From a virus (Duplodnaviria > Caudoviricetes): 64,000 nucleotides of DNA. The stretch is taken from IMG/VR virus record IMGVR_UViG_3300029305_000181, positions 3,097 to 67,096 of that record; one strand, written 5' to 3'. A program made the translations under genes and the position numbers. Below are positions 8,092 through 17,339 of the stretch, in pieces (position 1 is the first letter of the stretch; each line of letters begins with the position of its first letter). The notes beneath the pieces were generated by a model. That model was not told where the DNA came from and searched no databases. It saw only the letters and a list, made by a program, of their open reading frames with translations.

Positions 8092-9369
8092 ATTAGCAAT
8101 TATATTTTATACCATCATGGCATTAAAGGCATGAAGTGGGGCGTACGTCGATATCAGAATCAGGACGGTTCTTTAACCCCTGCGGGAAAGAAACGGTATT
8201 ACAATAATCCAGATCTTATCACGCAAAAGTCAGAATTAGATGCTGCTAAAAAGAGGATGAATGAATCTAGCAAAGTTGCGTCTAAAGCGTCAAACCGATA
8301 TCAAAATGTACCTACTCCTAAAAACTATCAAGTATACGAAGAAGCGCAAAAGCAATTTATATCGGATAGAACTAATTATAAGAATCTCAAACTGAAATAC
8401 GATACGAATAAAGAAGTTTCTAGAATTCGTGAAAAAGATATAGATTTTTCCGATAAATCCAAACATCGTTTGAAGCTAGAAGAACAGTATAAAAAGATGG
8501 GCATGAATGATGAAGAAGCTCAGGCTGCTGCTAACAATCGTATACGTACAGAAAAGCTGTTAGCTGCGTCCGCTGCGCTTACCATCGGTGCTTGTGCGGC
8601 ATATGCAGCTAATAAAGCCATTAAGAATAGAGTCGACGGTGTAATTAAGTCTGGTGATATTCTTCAGCGAATCGAGATGGAAGACACTAATGGTAAGCTT
8701 CACGATATGTTTTATGTCGCTAAAGGTAAACATGACAGTAAACGATATGAAGGTCTTCTTGGCATGGCTAGAAAGAATGAGACTGGTCATGCATATATGA
8801 TGAAGCTCGAAGCAATGGCGGATGTAAAAGTCGCATCTAAAGATAATGCGTCTAAGATATTCGGAGAACTTTATAAAAATGATCCAGAATTTAGATCTAC
8901 AGCTTCTAAATATGTCGGCGAGCATTTCTCGGGTCGTAATAAACTAGACCCCACAAATCTTAGCGATAGAAACATTAAGAAATTGTATGAAAATTTCAAT
9001 TCGAACATAATGTTTGTTCGTGAAGACGGTAAGGGCATAGATAAGCAATTTTATAGTAAGTTAAAATCCGCTGGTTATGGCGCTATTCAGGATATTAACG
9101 ATATGAAATTTAGCGGCTATAATGCTAAAAATCCTCTTATAATCTTTGATAACTCCAAGGGTAATATACTGGTTAAATCCTATAATGAGATGACAGAAAA
9201 TATTGGTAAAAAGGGCACCATCGAATCGATTAAAACGATTGGCGAGAGCTATACTAAAGAGTTTCTTAATAAAGGTTTACCGATGACAGCTATAGGTTTA
9301 ACTGGGGCTACAGCAGTTACATATAATAGCGATCCTAACAAGCAATACAAAAACTATAAAAGTAGGTGA
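8092..9369 (+). CDS. HHGIKGMKWGVRR-leader protein 2 with large C-terminal domain (possibly ADP-ribosyltransferase-like fold)
   Basis: Leader motif; SD AGGAGGTG followed by ATT at 8092 aligning with the paralogue's ATG; start uncertain (GTG 8083 is an alternative). Confidence 0.7.
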   Translation: MSNYILYHHGIKGMKWGVRRYQNQDGSLTPAGKKRYYNNPDLITQKSELDAAKKRMNESSKVASKASNRYQNVPTPKNYQVYEEAQKQFISDRTNYKNLKLKYDTNKEVSRIREKDIDFSDKSKHRLKLEEQYKKMGMNDEEAQAAANNRIRTEKLLAASAALTIGACAAYAANKAIKNRVDGVIKSGDILQRIEMEDTNGKLHDMFYVAKGKHDSKRYEGLLGMARKNETGHAYMMKLEAMADVKVASKDNASKIFGELYKNDPEFRSTASKYVGEHFSGRNKLDPTNLSDRNIKKLYENFNSNIMFVREDGKGIDKQFYSKLKSAGYGAIQDINDMKFSGYNAKNPLIIFDNSKGNILVKSYNEMTENIGKKGTIESIKTIGESYTKEFLNKGLPMTAIGLTGATAVTYNSDPNKQYKNYKSR

Positions 9370-9374
9370 TATTT

Positions 9375-10001
9375 ATGTCCGATTATGTTTTATACCACCA
9401 CGGTATTAAAGGCATGCGCTGGGGTGTACGTCGATATCAGAACAAAGACGGCTCTCTGACTCCGGCTGGTAAGAAGCGTCAGGCTAAGCAGGATTACCGT
9501 AACGCTAAAGATTCTGCGTTTGCTAAATATGAGAAAAGCATCGGCTCTATCGAAAAAGGTTATAAGCGTGGTCAGATGCTTTCTAAAAAAGATCAGGCTC
9601 GGGAAGAAGCAGCTGAGAATGAATACAATAAAGCTGCCGCGAAAGCCAAAAGCGATTATAAGAAGGCCAAGGCAGATATTAAGTCTGAAAAACGAGCTGC
9701 TAGACTACAGAAAAAGTATCCTGGAAAGAGCATAGAAAGCATCGATAAATACTATGATGAACAGAAAAAGTCGAGAAAGATGTTGAGGACAGCTGCCGGA
9801 GCTAAAATAGTCAGTCGTGCTATGAACGGAATGGGTCAGAGCTTGTACAATAAGTATAAAGATGGCGCTTCTCCGGCTGGTGTAAATGCTATAAGAGGTC
9901 TTGGTTACGCTTCTAAAGCTTTGAAACTTATCGGTGATGCTACTACGGTATCTGCGTATGCTAATCAATTTAAAGCGTATCAAGAGTTCATGCTGAGTTG
10001 A
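9375..10001 (+). CDS. HHGIKGMRWGVRR-leader protein 3, basic helical cargo
   Basis: MSDYVLYHHGIKGMRWGVRRYQNKDGSLTPAGKKR. Confidence 0.75.
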   Translation: MSDYVLYHHGIKGMRWGVRRYQNKDGSLTPAGKKRQAKQDYRNAKDSAFAKYEKSIGSIEKGYKRGQMLSKKDQAREEAAENEYNKAAAKAKSDYKKAKADIKSEKRAARLQKKYPGKSIESIDKYYDEQKKSRKMLRTAAGAKIVSRAMNGMGQSLYNKYKDGASPAGVNAIRGLGYASKALKLIGDATTVSAYANQFKAYQEFMLS

Positions 10002-10019
10002 TTGGGGTGAAACTTCAAA

Positions 10020-11273
10020 ATGGGTTTAATGGATAGACTCCAGCATGGCTGGAATGCTTTTGTAAACAATCGAGATCCTACGGAGTATCGCGATAGCGGT
10101 TATACATATTCTTATAGACCTGATCGTCCTCGTCTTTCTCGAGGCAACGAGCGTTCTATTGTGAATTCCATCTATAACCGTGTCGCTATGGACGTTGCGG
10201 CGATCAACATGATGCATTGCAAGCTCGATGATAATGGTCGATTCGATTCCGTTATCAATTCTAAGCTTAATAATTGTTTAACTCTTGAAGCCAATATCGA
10301 TCAGACAAGCAGAGCCTTCATTCAGGATGTAGTTGTGTCTATGTTCGATGAAGGTCATGTCGCAATCGTTCCTATCGATACTACTATTAATCCTAAAGAT
10401 AGTGGATCTTACGATATTGTATCCATGCGAGTGGGTAAGATTCTTGAATGGAGACCTGCTCACATTAAGGTTCGAGTCTATAACGACCGAACCGGTCTTA
10501 AGGAAGAAATTATTGTTCCTAAGAAAAACGCGGCTATTATAGAGAATCCTCTGTATGCCGTTGTTAACGAACCTAACTCTACTGTTCAGCGTCTGATCCG
10601 AAAGCTTAACCTTCTGGATGCTATCGATGAACAGAGCGGTTCTGGAAAGCTCGACTTGATCATTCAGTTACCTTATGTGATCAAGAGTGAAGCTCGTCGT
10701 CAACAGGCCGAAAGTCGGCGTAAAGATATAGAGATGCAGTTAGCTGGTTCTAAGTATGGCATCGCCTATACAGATGGCACCGAGCGTATTACTCAGCTTA
10801 ATCGACCCGTCGAGAACAACCTTTTGAAGCAGATTGAATACTTAACGAGCATGGCTTACGCCCAGTTAGGAATCACTCAGAGCGTAATGGATGGTACTGC
10901 CGATGAGAAGACTATGCTGAATTACTACGATCGAACTATCGAACCGATTATCTCGGCAATCGTTGATGAAATGAAACGTAAGTTTCTTACTAAAACTGCT
11001 AGATCCCAGTCGCAGTCGATTATCTATGTTCGTAATCCGTTCAAGCTCGTTCCGGTTAATGATCTTGCGGAAATTGCGGATAAGTTTACTAGAAATGAGA
11101 TCATGTCTTCTAACGAGATTCGTCAGATTATTGGCATGAAGCCTTCTAAAGATCCGAAGGCGGATCAGCTCGTTAATAGTAACTTGAATCAGCCTGAAGA
11201 AAAGGCTGCTCCTATCGACAAGACGAATGCGGTATCTAAGGAAGGAGAAGAAATTCAAAATGGAGATGTATGA
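10020..11273 (+). CDS. Portal protein (HK97-like)
   Basis: 417 aa between terL and protease; NSIYNRVAMDVA, GLTQSV-like and IMSSNEIRQIIG patterns. Confidence 0.88.
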   Translation: MGLMDRLQHGWNAFVNNRDPTEYRDSGYTYSYRPDRPRLSRGNERSIVNSIYNRVAMDVAAINMMHCKLDDNGRFDSVINSKLNNCLTLEANIDQTSRAFIQDVVVSMFDEGHVAIVPIDTTINPKDSGSYDIVSMRVGKILEWRPAHIKVRVYNDRTGLKEEIIVPKKNAAIIENPLYAVVNEPNSTVQRLIRKLNLLDAIDEQSGSGKLDLIIQLPYVIKSEARRQQAESRRKDIEMQLAGSKYGIAYTDGTERITQLNRPVENNLLKQIEYLTSMAYAQLGITQSVMDGTADEKTMLNYYDRTIEPIISAIVDEMKRKFLTKTARSQSQSIIYVRNPFKLVPVNDLAEIADKFTRNEIMSSNEIRQIIGMKPSKDPKADQLVNSNLNQPEEKAAPIDKTNAVSKEGEEIQNGDV

Positions 11274-13095
11274 TTTTAGCGGCTGGGCAACTAAGGCTAA
11301 TCTTAAGTGCTCCGATGGTCTTACTATCCTGAAGGACGCGTTTAAGCACAATAATGGCCAGACTGTTCCTCTTGTGTGGAATCATCAGCATAATGATCCC
11401 AATGAAGTTCTCGGTCATGCCCTGCTTGAGAACCGCGAAGAAGGCGTTTATGCCTATTGTAAGTTCAATGACACCGAATCCGGTCGCACCGCTAAGCTCC
11501 TTGTACAGCATGGCGATGTGGATGCACTGTCTATCTATGCTAACCAGCTCAAGAAGCAGAATAACTTCGTCTCTCACGGTAATATTCGTGAGGTGAGTCT
11601 GGTTCTTGCCGGTGCTAATCCCGGCGCGTTTATTGATTCTGTTATCAAGCATGGCGAAGAGTCTGATGAAGAGGCGGTTATTTATACCGATGAAACCATC
11701 AATCTGTATCATGCTGAAATTAAATCCGAAGAATCTAAGAAGGAAGAAAATAAGGAGGAAAAGAACATGGCTGAGGAAACCAAGCAGGTTAAGCCTGAGA
11801 GTGAAGAGACCGTCGAGGACGTGTTTAATACTCTTAATGAGAAGCAGAAGACCGTTGTGTATGCTATTATCGGTCAGGCTGTTGAAGATGCTAAGAATGA
11901 AGACAATGATGAGGAGGAATCTGAAATGAAGCAGAATGTTTTTGAGAACGATATGAAGGATCAGGGCCATGTTCTGAGCCATGCTGATCAGGAGGCCATC
12001 ATTGCTATGGCTAAGCAGTCCAATGTTGGTAGCTTTAAGCAGGCTCTCCAGCTCTTTGCCGAGGAGAGTGGCGCTATTCAGCACTCTGAGGATGGCGTGG
12101 GTATTTTCGAGGATTACGGTGTGCTCTTCCCCGAGCTTGAGCTTCTGAAGAAGGGCGAGCCCGAAACCCTGTACAAGTATGATCAGAGCTGGGTTACTCC
12201 CGCACTGGCAAAGATTCACAAGAGCCCCTTCAGCCGTATTCGTACCCGCTTTGCTGATGCTCGTACCGCTGAGCTGAAGGCAAAGGGCTACCAGAACAAG
12301 GGTGATCAGAAGACCATCATGGGTCAGATCAAGATGATCAACCGTGAGACCACCCCTCAGACTATCTACATCAAGGATGCTCTGCATCGTGATGACATCA
12401 TCGACATCACCGACTTCAGCATCGTTGACTATCAGTGGAAGCAGATGCGCATGGTACTGAACGAGACCATGGTTCTTGCAGCAATGGTTGGCGATCAGCG
12501 TGAGGATGGCGACCCCGATAAGATCAGTGAAGAGCACGTACGTCCTATCTGGAAGGACAACGATGAGTATACCATCCATACCGATGTTGACATCGCTGCC
12601 GCTAAGGCTGAGCTTCAGGGCTCCGACACCAGCGTACACTTCGGCGAGAACTACATCTATGCTGAATCCATCATCACCGCTGCTCTGTATTCTCGCGAGC
12701 AGTTCAAGGGTACCGGTACTCCCGACTTCTATTGCACTCCTCACCTGGTAAACGTAATGCTGCTCGCTCGTGACCTCAACGGCCGCCGCATCTACGACTC
12801 CAAGGCTGACCTGGCAAAGGCTCTGAACTGCAACTCCATCGTTGAGGTTGAGCAGTTCGAAGGTCTGACCAGAACTACCGAAGATGGCGACAAGAAGAAG
12901 CTCCTGGGTCTGTTCGTCAACCTGAACGACTACACCTTCGGTTCCACTCGTGGCGGCGAGATCACCCGCTTCGAGGACTTCGATATGGACTTCAACCTCA
13001 AGAAGTTCATGCTGGAAACCCGTCTGTCCGGCTCTCTCTACAAGCTGAAGTCTGCTATCGCTCTCGAGGAGCCTGTGGTTGAAGCTGCGGGCTAA
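11260..13095 (+). CDS. Prohead protease-scaffold-major capsid fusion
   Basis: N-terminal FSGWAT...PLVWNHQH...LSIYAN...REVSLV (HK97-type protease), acidic linker, capsid-like C-terminus with strong C-ending codon bias. Confidence 0.85.
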   Translation: MEMYDFSGWATKANLKCSDGLTILKDAFKHNNGQTVPLVWNHQHNDPNEVLGHALLENREEGVYAYCKFNDTESGRTAKLLVQHGDVDALSIYANQLKKQNNFVSHGNIREVSLVLAGANPGAFIDSVIKHGEESDEEAVIYTDETINLYHAEIKSEESKKEENKEEKNMAEETKQVKPESEETVEDVFNTLNEKQKTVVYAIIGQAVEDAKNEDNDEEESEMKQNVFENDMKDQGHVLSHADQEAIIAMAKQSNVGSFKQALQLFAEESGAIQHSEDGVGIFEDYGVLFPELELLKKGEPETLYKYDQSWVTPALAKIHKSPFSRIRTRFADARTAELKAKGYQNKGDQKTIMGQIKMINRETTPQTIYIKDALHRDDIIDITDFSIVDYQWKQMRMVLNETMVLAAMVGDQREDGDPDKISEEHVRPIWKDNDEYTIHTDVDIAAAKAELQGSDTSVHFGENYIYAESIITAALYSREQFKGTGTPDFYCTPHLVNVMLLARDLNGRRIYDSKADLAKALNCNSIVEVEQFEGLTRTTEDGDKKKLLGLFVNLNDYTFGSTRGGEITRFEDFDMDFNLKKFMLETRLSGSLYKLKSAIALEEPVVEAAG

Positions 13096-13132
13096 GAGCA
13101 TAGGCGATCATAAAAAATAGGAGGAATGACTA

Positions 13133-13429
13133 ATGGATAAGATTCTGTTTAACCACAAGGACGTCAACGTGGCTGGTACCTATGTGTACGTCGATAGCGG
13201 CGTCGCATACCAGGATTCCGAGTGTGAAAATGCTTTTAGCACGGAAGCCCTTAAGAATGTGTTTCTCAAGGGCGCTGTCATCGTGGCCGATGAAGCCATG
13301 TACAAGCCCATCAGCTTCACTCTGAATAGCGACGAGGTTGGTGTTCTGACCTACGTTACCGCCGATACTACCACCGCTACTACCGCGGTTCTTGCTACCG
13401 TGGTTGCGGTCGACGAGTCCGATTCCTGA
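13133..13429 (+). CDS. Small virion protein (possible capsid decoration/head fibre)
   Basis: SD AGGAGG; follows the capsid gene; high-expression codon style. Confidence 0.55.
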   Translation: MDKILFNHKDVNVAGTYVYVDSGVAYQDSECENAFSTEALKNVFLKGAVIVADEAMYKPISFTLNSDEVGVLTYVTADTTTATTAVLATVVAVDESDS

Positions 13430-13458
13430 GTAAACCAATCAAAATGGAGTGATTGTCA

Positions 13459-13782
13459 ATGGCTAAATGGTACGGAAGTATCGGCTACGCTGAGACAGTA
13501 GAAACGAATCCTGGCGTATGGGATGAAAAGATTACCGAACGTAATTATTACGGCGATGTATATCGAAATACTCGTAAACTTCAGTCTACTGAGTATCTTA
13601 ACGACAGTATTAATATCTCTAATGAGATCAGTATTGTAGCCGATCCGTACGCCAACGATCATATCTACTCCATGCGTTATATTACTTTCCAGGGGGCTAA
13701 ATGGAAGATTAATAATGTCGAAGTTAAGCCCCCTCGACTTACTCTTTCTATCGGGGGTTTGTATAATGGCGAGTCGAATTGA
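13459..13782 (+). CDS. Head closure / head-tail adaptor
   Basis: MAKWYGSIGY...NISNEISIVADPY...GAKWKI beta-barrel stopper pattern; synteny. Confidence 0.65.
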   Translation: MAKWYGSIGYAETVETNPGVWDEKITERNYYGDVYRNTRKLQSTEYLNDSINISNEISIVADPYANDHIYSMRYITFQGAKWKINNVEVKPPRLTLSIGGLYNGESN

Positions 13783-14074
13783 TTTACACAACGAACTGTG
13801 TACACTTCTCGGATCTAGAAATGTTTATTTCCAGCCCCCCGAGACGATTAAAATGTCGTATCCGTGCATTGTATATTCTCGAGACGATATCGATACTCAA
13901 TACGCCGATGACAGAATTTACAAGAATCGGAATCGATACGAGATTACGGTTATAGACTCCGATCCGGATAGTAAAACTCCGGATATGATTCTTATGCATT
14001 TTATGATGTGTAGATTCGACAGGAGTTTTGTATCTGAGAATCTCAATCATACTACTTTAATATTGTACTACTAA
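13766..14074 (+). CDS. Tail terminator / tail completion protein
   Basis: NVYFQPP...YPCIVY...RYEITVI pattern; directly before the major tail gene. Confidence 0.7.
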   Translation: MASRIDLHNELCTLLGSRNVYFQPPETIKMSYPCIVYSRDDIDTQYADDRIYKNRNRYEITVIDSDPDSKTPDMILMHFMMCRFDRSFVSENLNHTTLILYY

Positions 14075-14088
14075 AGGAGGACAAACAC

Positions 14089-14748
14089 ATGGCTAAACTT
14101 GTTTGGGATAATGTTGGCGAACGCTTTTATGAAACTGGTGTAAAGATGGGCGTTCTGTACCCCATGACCAATGATGGTACTTACCCTAAGGGCGTTGTTT
14201 GGAACGGTCTGACTGCCGTTACTGAAAGCCCCTCTGGCGCTGAGTCTACTCCTCTTTATGCTGATGACATTAAGTATCTTAACATGGTGTCTGCTGAGGA
14301 GTTCGGTGCTACCATCGAGGCTTATACTTACCCCGATGAATTCCTGATGTGTGACGGTTCTGCCGAAATCGCCACCGGTGTTACCGTCGGTCAGCAGGCT
14401 CGTCAGACTTTCGGTCTTTGCTACCGTACCGCTTTCGGTAATGATATTCAGAACAATGACTATGGTTATAAGATTCATATCATTTATGGTGCTCTGGCTG
14501 CTCCTTCCGAGAAGGCTTATGCCACCATCAATGATAGCCCCGAAGCTATTACTTTCTCTTGGGAAGTTAAGACCACTCCCGTCGTCGTCACTGGCTTTAA
14601 GCCTACTGCTAGCCTCGTGATCGACTCTACTAAGGTTGATAAGACCAAGCTGGCTGCTCTTGAGGCTGTTCTGTACGGTAGTGAGTCCGCTGAGGCTCGT
14701 CTGCCCATGCCCGATGAGATCGTTGAGCTCGTTGGTACTGCTGGCTAA
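14089..14748 (+). CDS. Major tail protein (phi13-like)
   Basis: KLVWDNVGERFYETGV...WNGLTAVTESPSGAE...YADDIKY. Confidence 0.88.
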   Translation: MAKLVWDNVGERFYETGVKMGVLYPMTNDGTYPKGVVWNGLTAVTESPSGAESTPLYADDIKYLNMVSAEEFGATIEAYTYPDEFLMCDGSAEIATGVTVGQQARQTFGLCYRTAFGNDIQNNDYGYKIHIIYGALAAPSEKAYATINDSPEAITFSWEVKTTPVVVTGFKPTASLVIDSTKVDKTKLAALEAVLYGSESAEARLPMPDEIVELVGTAG

Positions 14749-14765
14749 TAACTAACTTTATATTT

Positions 14766-14805
14766 AGGGGGTCGTATTCAGGAAAGGCTGGCGACCCCTC
14801 TTTTT
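14766..14805 (+). terminator. Intrinsic terminator after the major tail gene
   Basis: AGGGGGTCG...CGACCCCTC followed by TTTTT. Confidence 0.75.
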
Positions 14806-14826
14806 AATTTGAAAGGAGATAATTAA

Positions 14827-15261
14827 ATGATTAAGAGAACCATTACTTACACCGATTTCGACGGTAAGGAGAGAACCGAAGACGCTTATTTCAACATGAC
14901 TAAGAGCGAACTTATTGAGTTTTCTTTTGGTCTTCCTGATGAAATGACTGAGACTGTCAAGAGTACAGACGATGTTAATAATGAAACTGCCAATAAGCTG
15001 ATTGAAAAGCTTGGTAATTCCGGTATTTTCAATTTCGTTAAGGAACTGATCGTTAAGTCTTACGGTGTGAAGTCTGCTGATGGCAGACGGTTTATCAAGG
15101 ACGAGAAGGCTACGACCGAGTTTATGCAGACTCTGGCTTATGATGAGTTCATCATCGATCTTTTCAGTAACGATATGAAGGCTTCTGAATTTATTAACGG
15201 TATCATTCCTGCCGATATGGCTAATAAGATGCCTACTAATACTTTTAGAGCCGTTAACTAA
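14827..15261 (+). CDS. Tail assembly chaperone
   Basis: Synteny after MTP; TYTDFDGKERTEDAYFNMTKSEL pattern. Confidence 0.65.
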   Translation: MIKRTITYTDFDGKERTEDAYFNMTKSELIEFSFGLPDEMTETVKSTDDVNNETANKLIEKLGNSGIFNFVKELIVKSYGVKSADGRRFIKDEKATTEFMQTLAYDEFIIDLFSNDMKASEFINGIIPADMANKMPTNTFRAVN

Positions 15262-15287
15262 CTACGAATATTCGGGAGGGTTGAGAG

Positions 15288-15830
15288 ATGCTCCAAATCA
15301 CAGTACCGGCTGTTGAACTATGGGATGAAAAAAGACAGCTATTCATCAACGTAAAAGAACATAAAATACAGTTGGAGCATTCTCTCGTCTCCATTTCAAA
15401 ATGGGAATCCAAATGGTGTAAACCGTTTCTATCGAGAAATGACAAAACTGTAGAGGAAGTCCTAGATTATGTTAAATGCATGACTATTACTCAGAATGTA
15501 GATCCTGAGATTTATAAGTATCTTACTGAAGAGAATGTCGCTGCGATAAACGAGTATATCGATGCGCCCATGACTGCGACTACTTTTTCGGAAGATGGAC
15601 TTAGTAAAACTAATAGGGAAATTGTCACATCCGAGCTTATTTATTATTGGATGATCTCGTTAAACATACCTATTAAATTCGAAAAATGGCATTTGAATCG
15701 TCTGCTTACTTTAATACGAGTTTGTAATATTAAGAACTCTCCGCCTAAGAAGATGAGCAGAAAAGAGATACTAGCTCGTAATGCTGCTTTGAATGCAGAA
15801 CGGCGAAAGAAACTAAATACAAAGGGGTGA
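15288..15830 (+). CDS. Second tail assembly chaperone-like protein
   Basis: Own SD GGGAGG; synteny; ELIYYWMI...WHLNRLLTL. Confidence 0.55.
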   Translation: MLQITVPAVELWDEKRQLFINVKEHKIQLEHSLVSISKWESKWCKPFLSRNDKTVEEVLDYVKCMTITQNVDPEIYKYLTEENVAAINEYIDAPMTATTFSEDGLSKTNREIVTSELIYYWMISLNIPIKFEKWHLNRLLTLIRVCNIKNSPPKKMSRKEILARNAALNAERRKKLNTKG

Positions 15831-15835
15831 TTCAT

Positions 15836-16210
15836 ATGCGAAAAGACGTAGGGTATCGATTAGGACAGTCGCCTATTAATTACTTTTCTGATTTGTTTAT
15901 CGTTGCGATGGTCGTTATGTGGATTGTGGATAATGTCTATCAGTCTATTATAGCGACTATCGTTACTATCAGTTCAGCTATCCTAAGTAAGGAAACTGGA
16001 ATGAATTGCTATGACACTTCGATGTGGGCTTCTATTGGTGCTAATGTAGCCATTCCTCTATCATGCGGAGGTGCTATATGGATGATTAAAAATTCCATAC
16101 AGCATGCTATTAGCAATCGACGAGGCGAACAAGCAAAAGAAGATTTTCCGGCAGTTCATCCTGAATGCGAAAACGAAGAAATCGAGCTAGAGTCTCGAAA
16201 TGAATTTTAA
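15836..16210 (+). CDS. Two-TM membrane protein in the lysis cassette
   Basis: Hydrophobic segments LFIVAMVVMWIV...IATIVTISSAIL and IGANVAIPLSCGGAIWMI. Confidence 0.55.
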   Translation: MRKDVGYRLGQSPINYFSDLFIVAMVVMWIVDNVYQSIIATIVTISSAILSKETGMNCYDTSMWASIGANVAIPLSCGGAIWMIKNSIQHAISNRRGEQAKEDFPAVHPECENEEIELESRNEF

Positions 16211-16228
16211 AGAAGGAGAAAATTCAAA

Positions 16229-16546
16229 ATGGTTAATATTGAAACTTTTATGATTGGTCTTCTTATTACTTCTACTCTTACGGGCCTAGTTACTGAGGCT
16301 ATCAAGAAGATCGCTACCGAACATAATAAGACCTATCGAGCCAATACCCTTGCGGGCGTTGTATCTATGGTTCTGTCTGGCGCCATCGGCGTTTGTTATA
16401 ACGTTATTGGCAATGTCGGCTTTACCCAGCAGTCCGTTATTTGTATCGTCGCTCTTGTCTTTATGAGTTGGCTTTGTGCGATGGTTGGTTACGATAAGGT
16501 TATCCAGGCTATTAGTCAGTTTAAAACTACCGAAAAGGGTGAGTAA
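16229..16546 (+). CDS. Holin
   Basis: 105 aa, three hydrophobic helices, GYDKVIQAISQ C-terminus, immediately before the endolysin. Confidence 0.75.
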   Translation: MVNIETFMIGLLITSTLTGLVTEAIKKIATEHNKTYRANTLAGVVSMVLSGAIGVCYNVIGNVGFTQQSVICIVALVFMSWLCAMVGYDKVIQAISQFKTTEKGE

Positions 16547-16548
16547 TA

Positions 16549-17319
16549 ATGAGCGTTACAGCTAAAGCAGTACTCGATGTTGCGAGAAGTTGGATTGGGT
16601 ATAGTGAAGCGAATGGTAAGTACAAAGAAATTCTGAAGATCTATAACAATAATACAAGTGGTTATGACATGACTAATTCAGACCCTTGGTGCGATTGCTT
16701 TGTATCTGCCGTAGCTATTAAAGCTGGTGCCGTCGACATTATCGGTACTGAAGTAGGTTGTGAGCGTCACATCGCTATCTTCAAGAAGCTTGGTATTTGG
16801 ATTGAAGATGGTAAGGTCAAGCCTCAAGTAGGCGACATTATTGTGTTTAACTGGGATGATAGCACCCAACCGAACGATGGTTTTGCCGACCATATTGGCT
16901 TTGTCGAAGCTATAAACGGTAATACTATTACCTGTATCGAGGGTAATATGAATGATGCTGTTGGCAGACGTAACATATACGCTGGCTGGGGGTACATTCG
17001 AGGTTATGCTAGACCCAAGTACGGGGCAAGCTCTAACACAACAACTAATACTACTAAAACGCAGACGGTAGCTACTAAGTCTACTGTTAAATGTACAGTT
17101 TCTATCAATCAACTTCAAAATGGAGATAAAGGCAATCAAGTCAAGGCTCTCCAGAAGCTTTTGATCAGCTATGGATATTCTTGCGGTAAATACAAGGATG
17201 ACGGCGAATTCGGTACAGATACTGAAGCTGCTGTTAAGAAGTATCAGAAAGCTAATAAGCTCGAAGTTGACGGCGTAGTTGGCATAAATACTTGGAATAA
17301 ACTTCTGGGCATTAAGTAA
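16549..17319 (+). CDS. Endolysin: CHAP domain + Thr-rich linker + peptidoglycan-binding domain
   Basis: PWCDCFVS...HIGFVE...IEGN (CHAP); VKALQKLL...DGEFG...VKKYQ...LEVDGVVG (PG_binding_1). Confidence 0.88.
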   Translation: MSVTAKAVLDVARSWIGYSEANGKYKEILKIYNNNTSGYDMTNSDPWCDCFVSAVAIKAGAVDIIGTEVGCERHIAIFKKLGIWIEDGKVKPQVGDIIVFNWDDSTQPNDGFADHIGFVEAINGNTITCIEGNMNDAVGRRNIYAGWGYIRGYARPKYGASSNTTTNTTKTQTVATKSTVKCTVSINQLQNGDKGNQVKALQKLLISYGYSCGKYKDDGEFGTDTEAAVKKYQKANKLEVDGVVGINTWNKLLGIK

Positions 17320-17339
17320 ATGAGTTAAGAGGTGGTTGT

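Noticed and set aside
11236-13101. 621-aa antisense ORF spanning the capsid gene
   Set aside because: It mirrors the sense ORF codon for codon. Strong C-ending codon bias removes antisense stops; there is no SD and the sequence is Leu/Val-rich with no recognisable motifs.
15230-15290. Programmed frameshift joining the two tail chaperones
   Set aside because: No XXXYYYZ slippery site was seen at the end of 14827-15261. An in-frame TGA at 15282 precedes the second ORF, which has its own SD.
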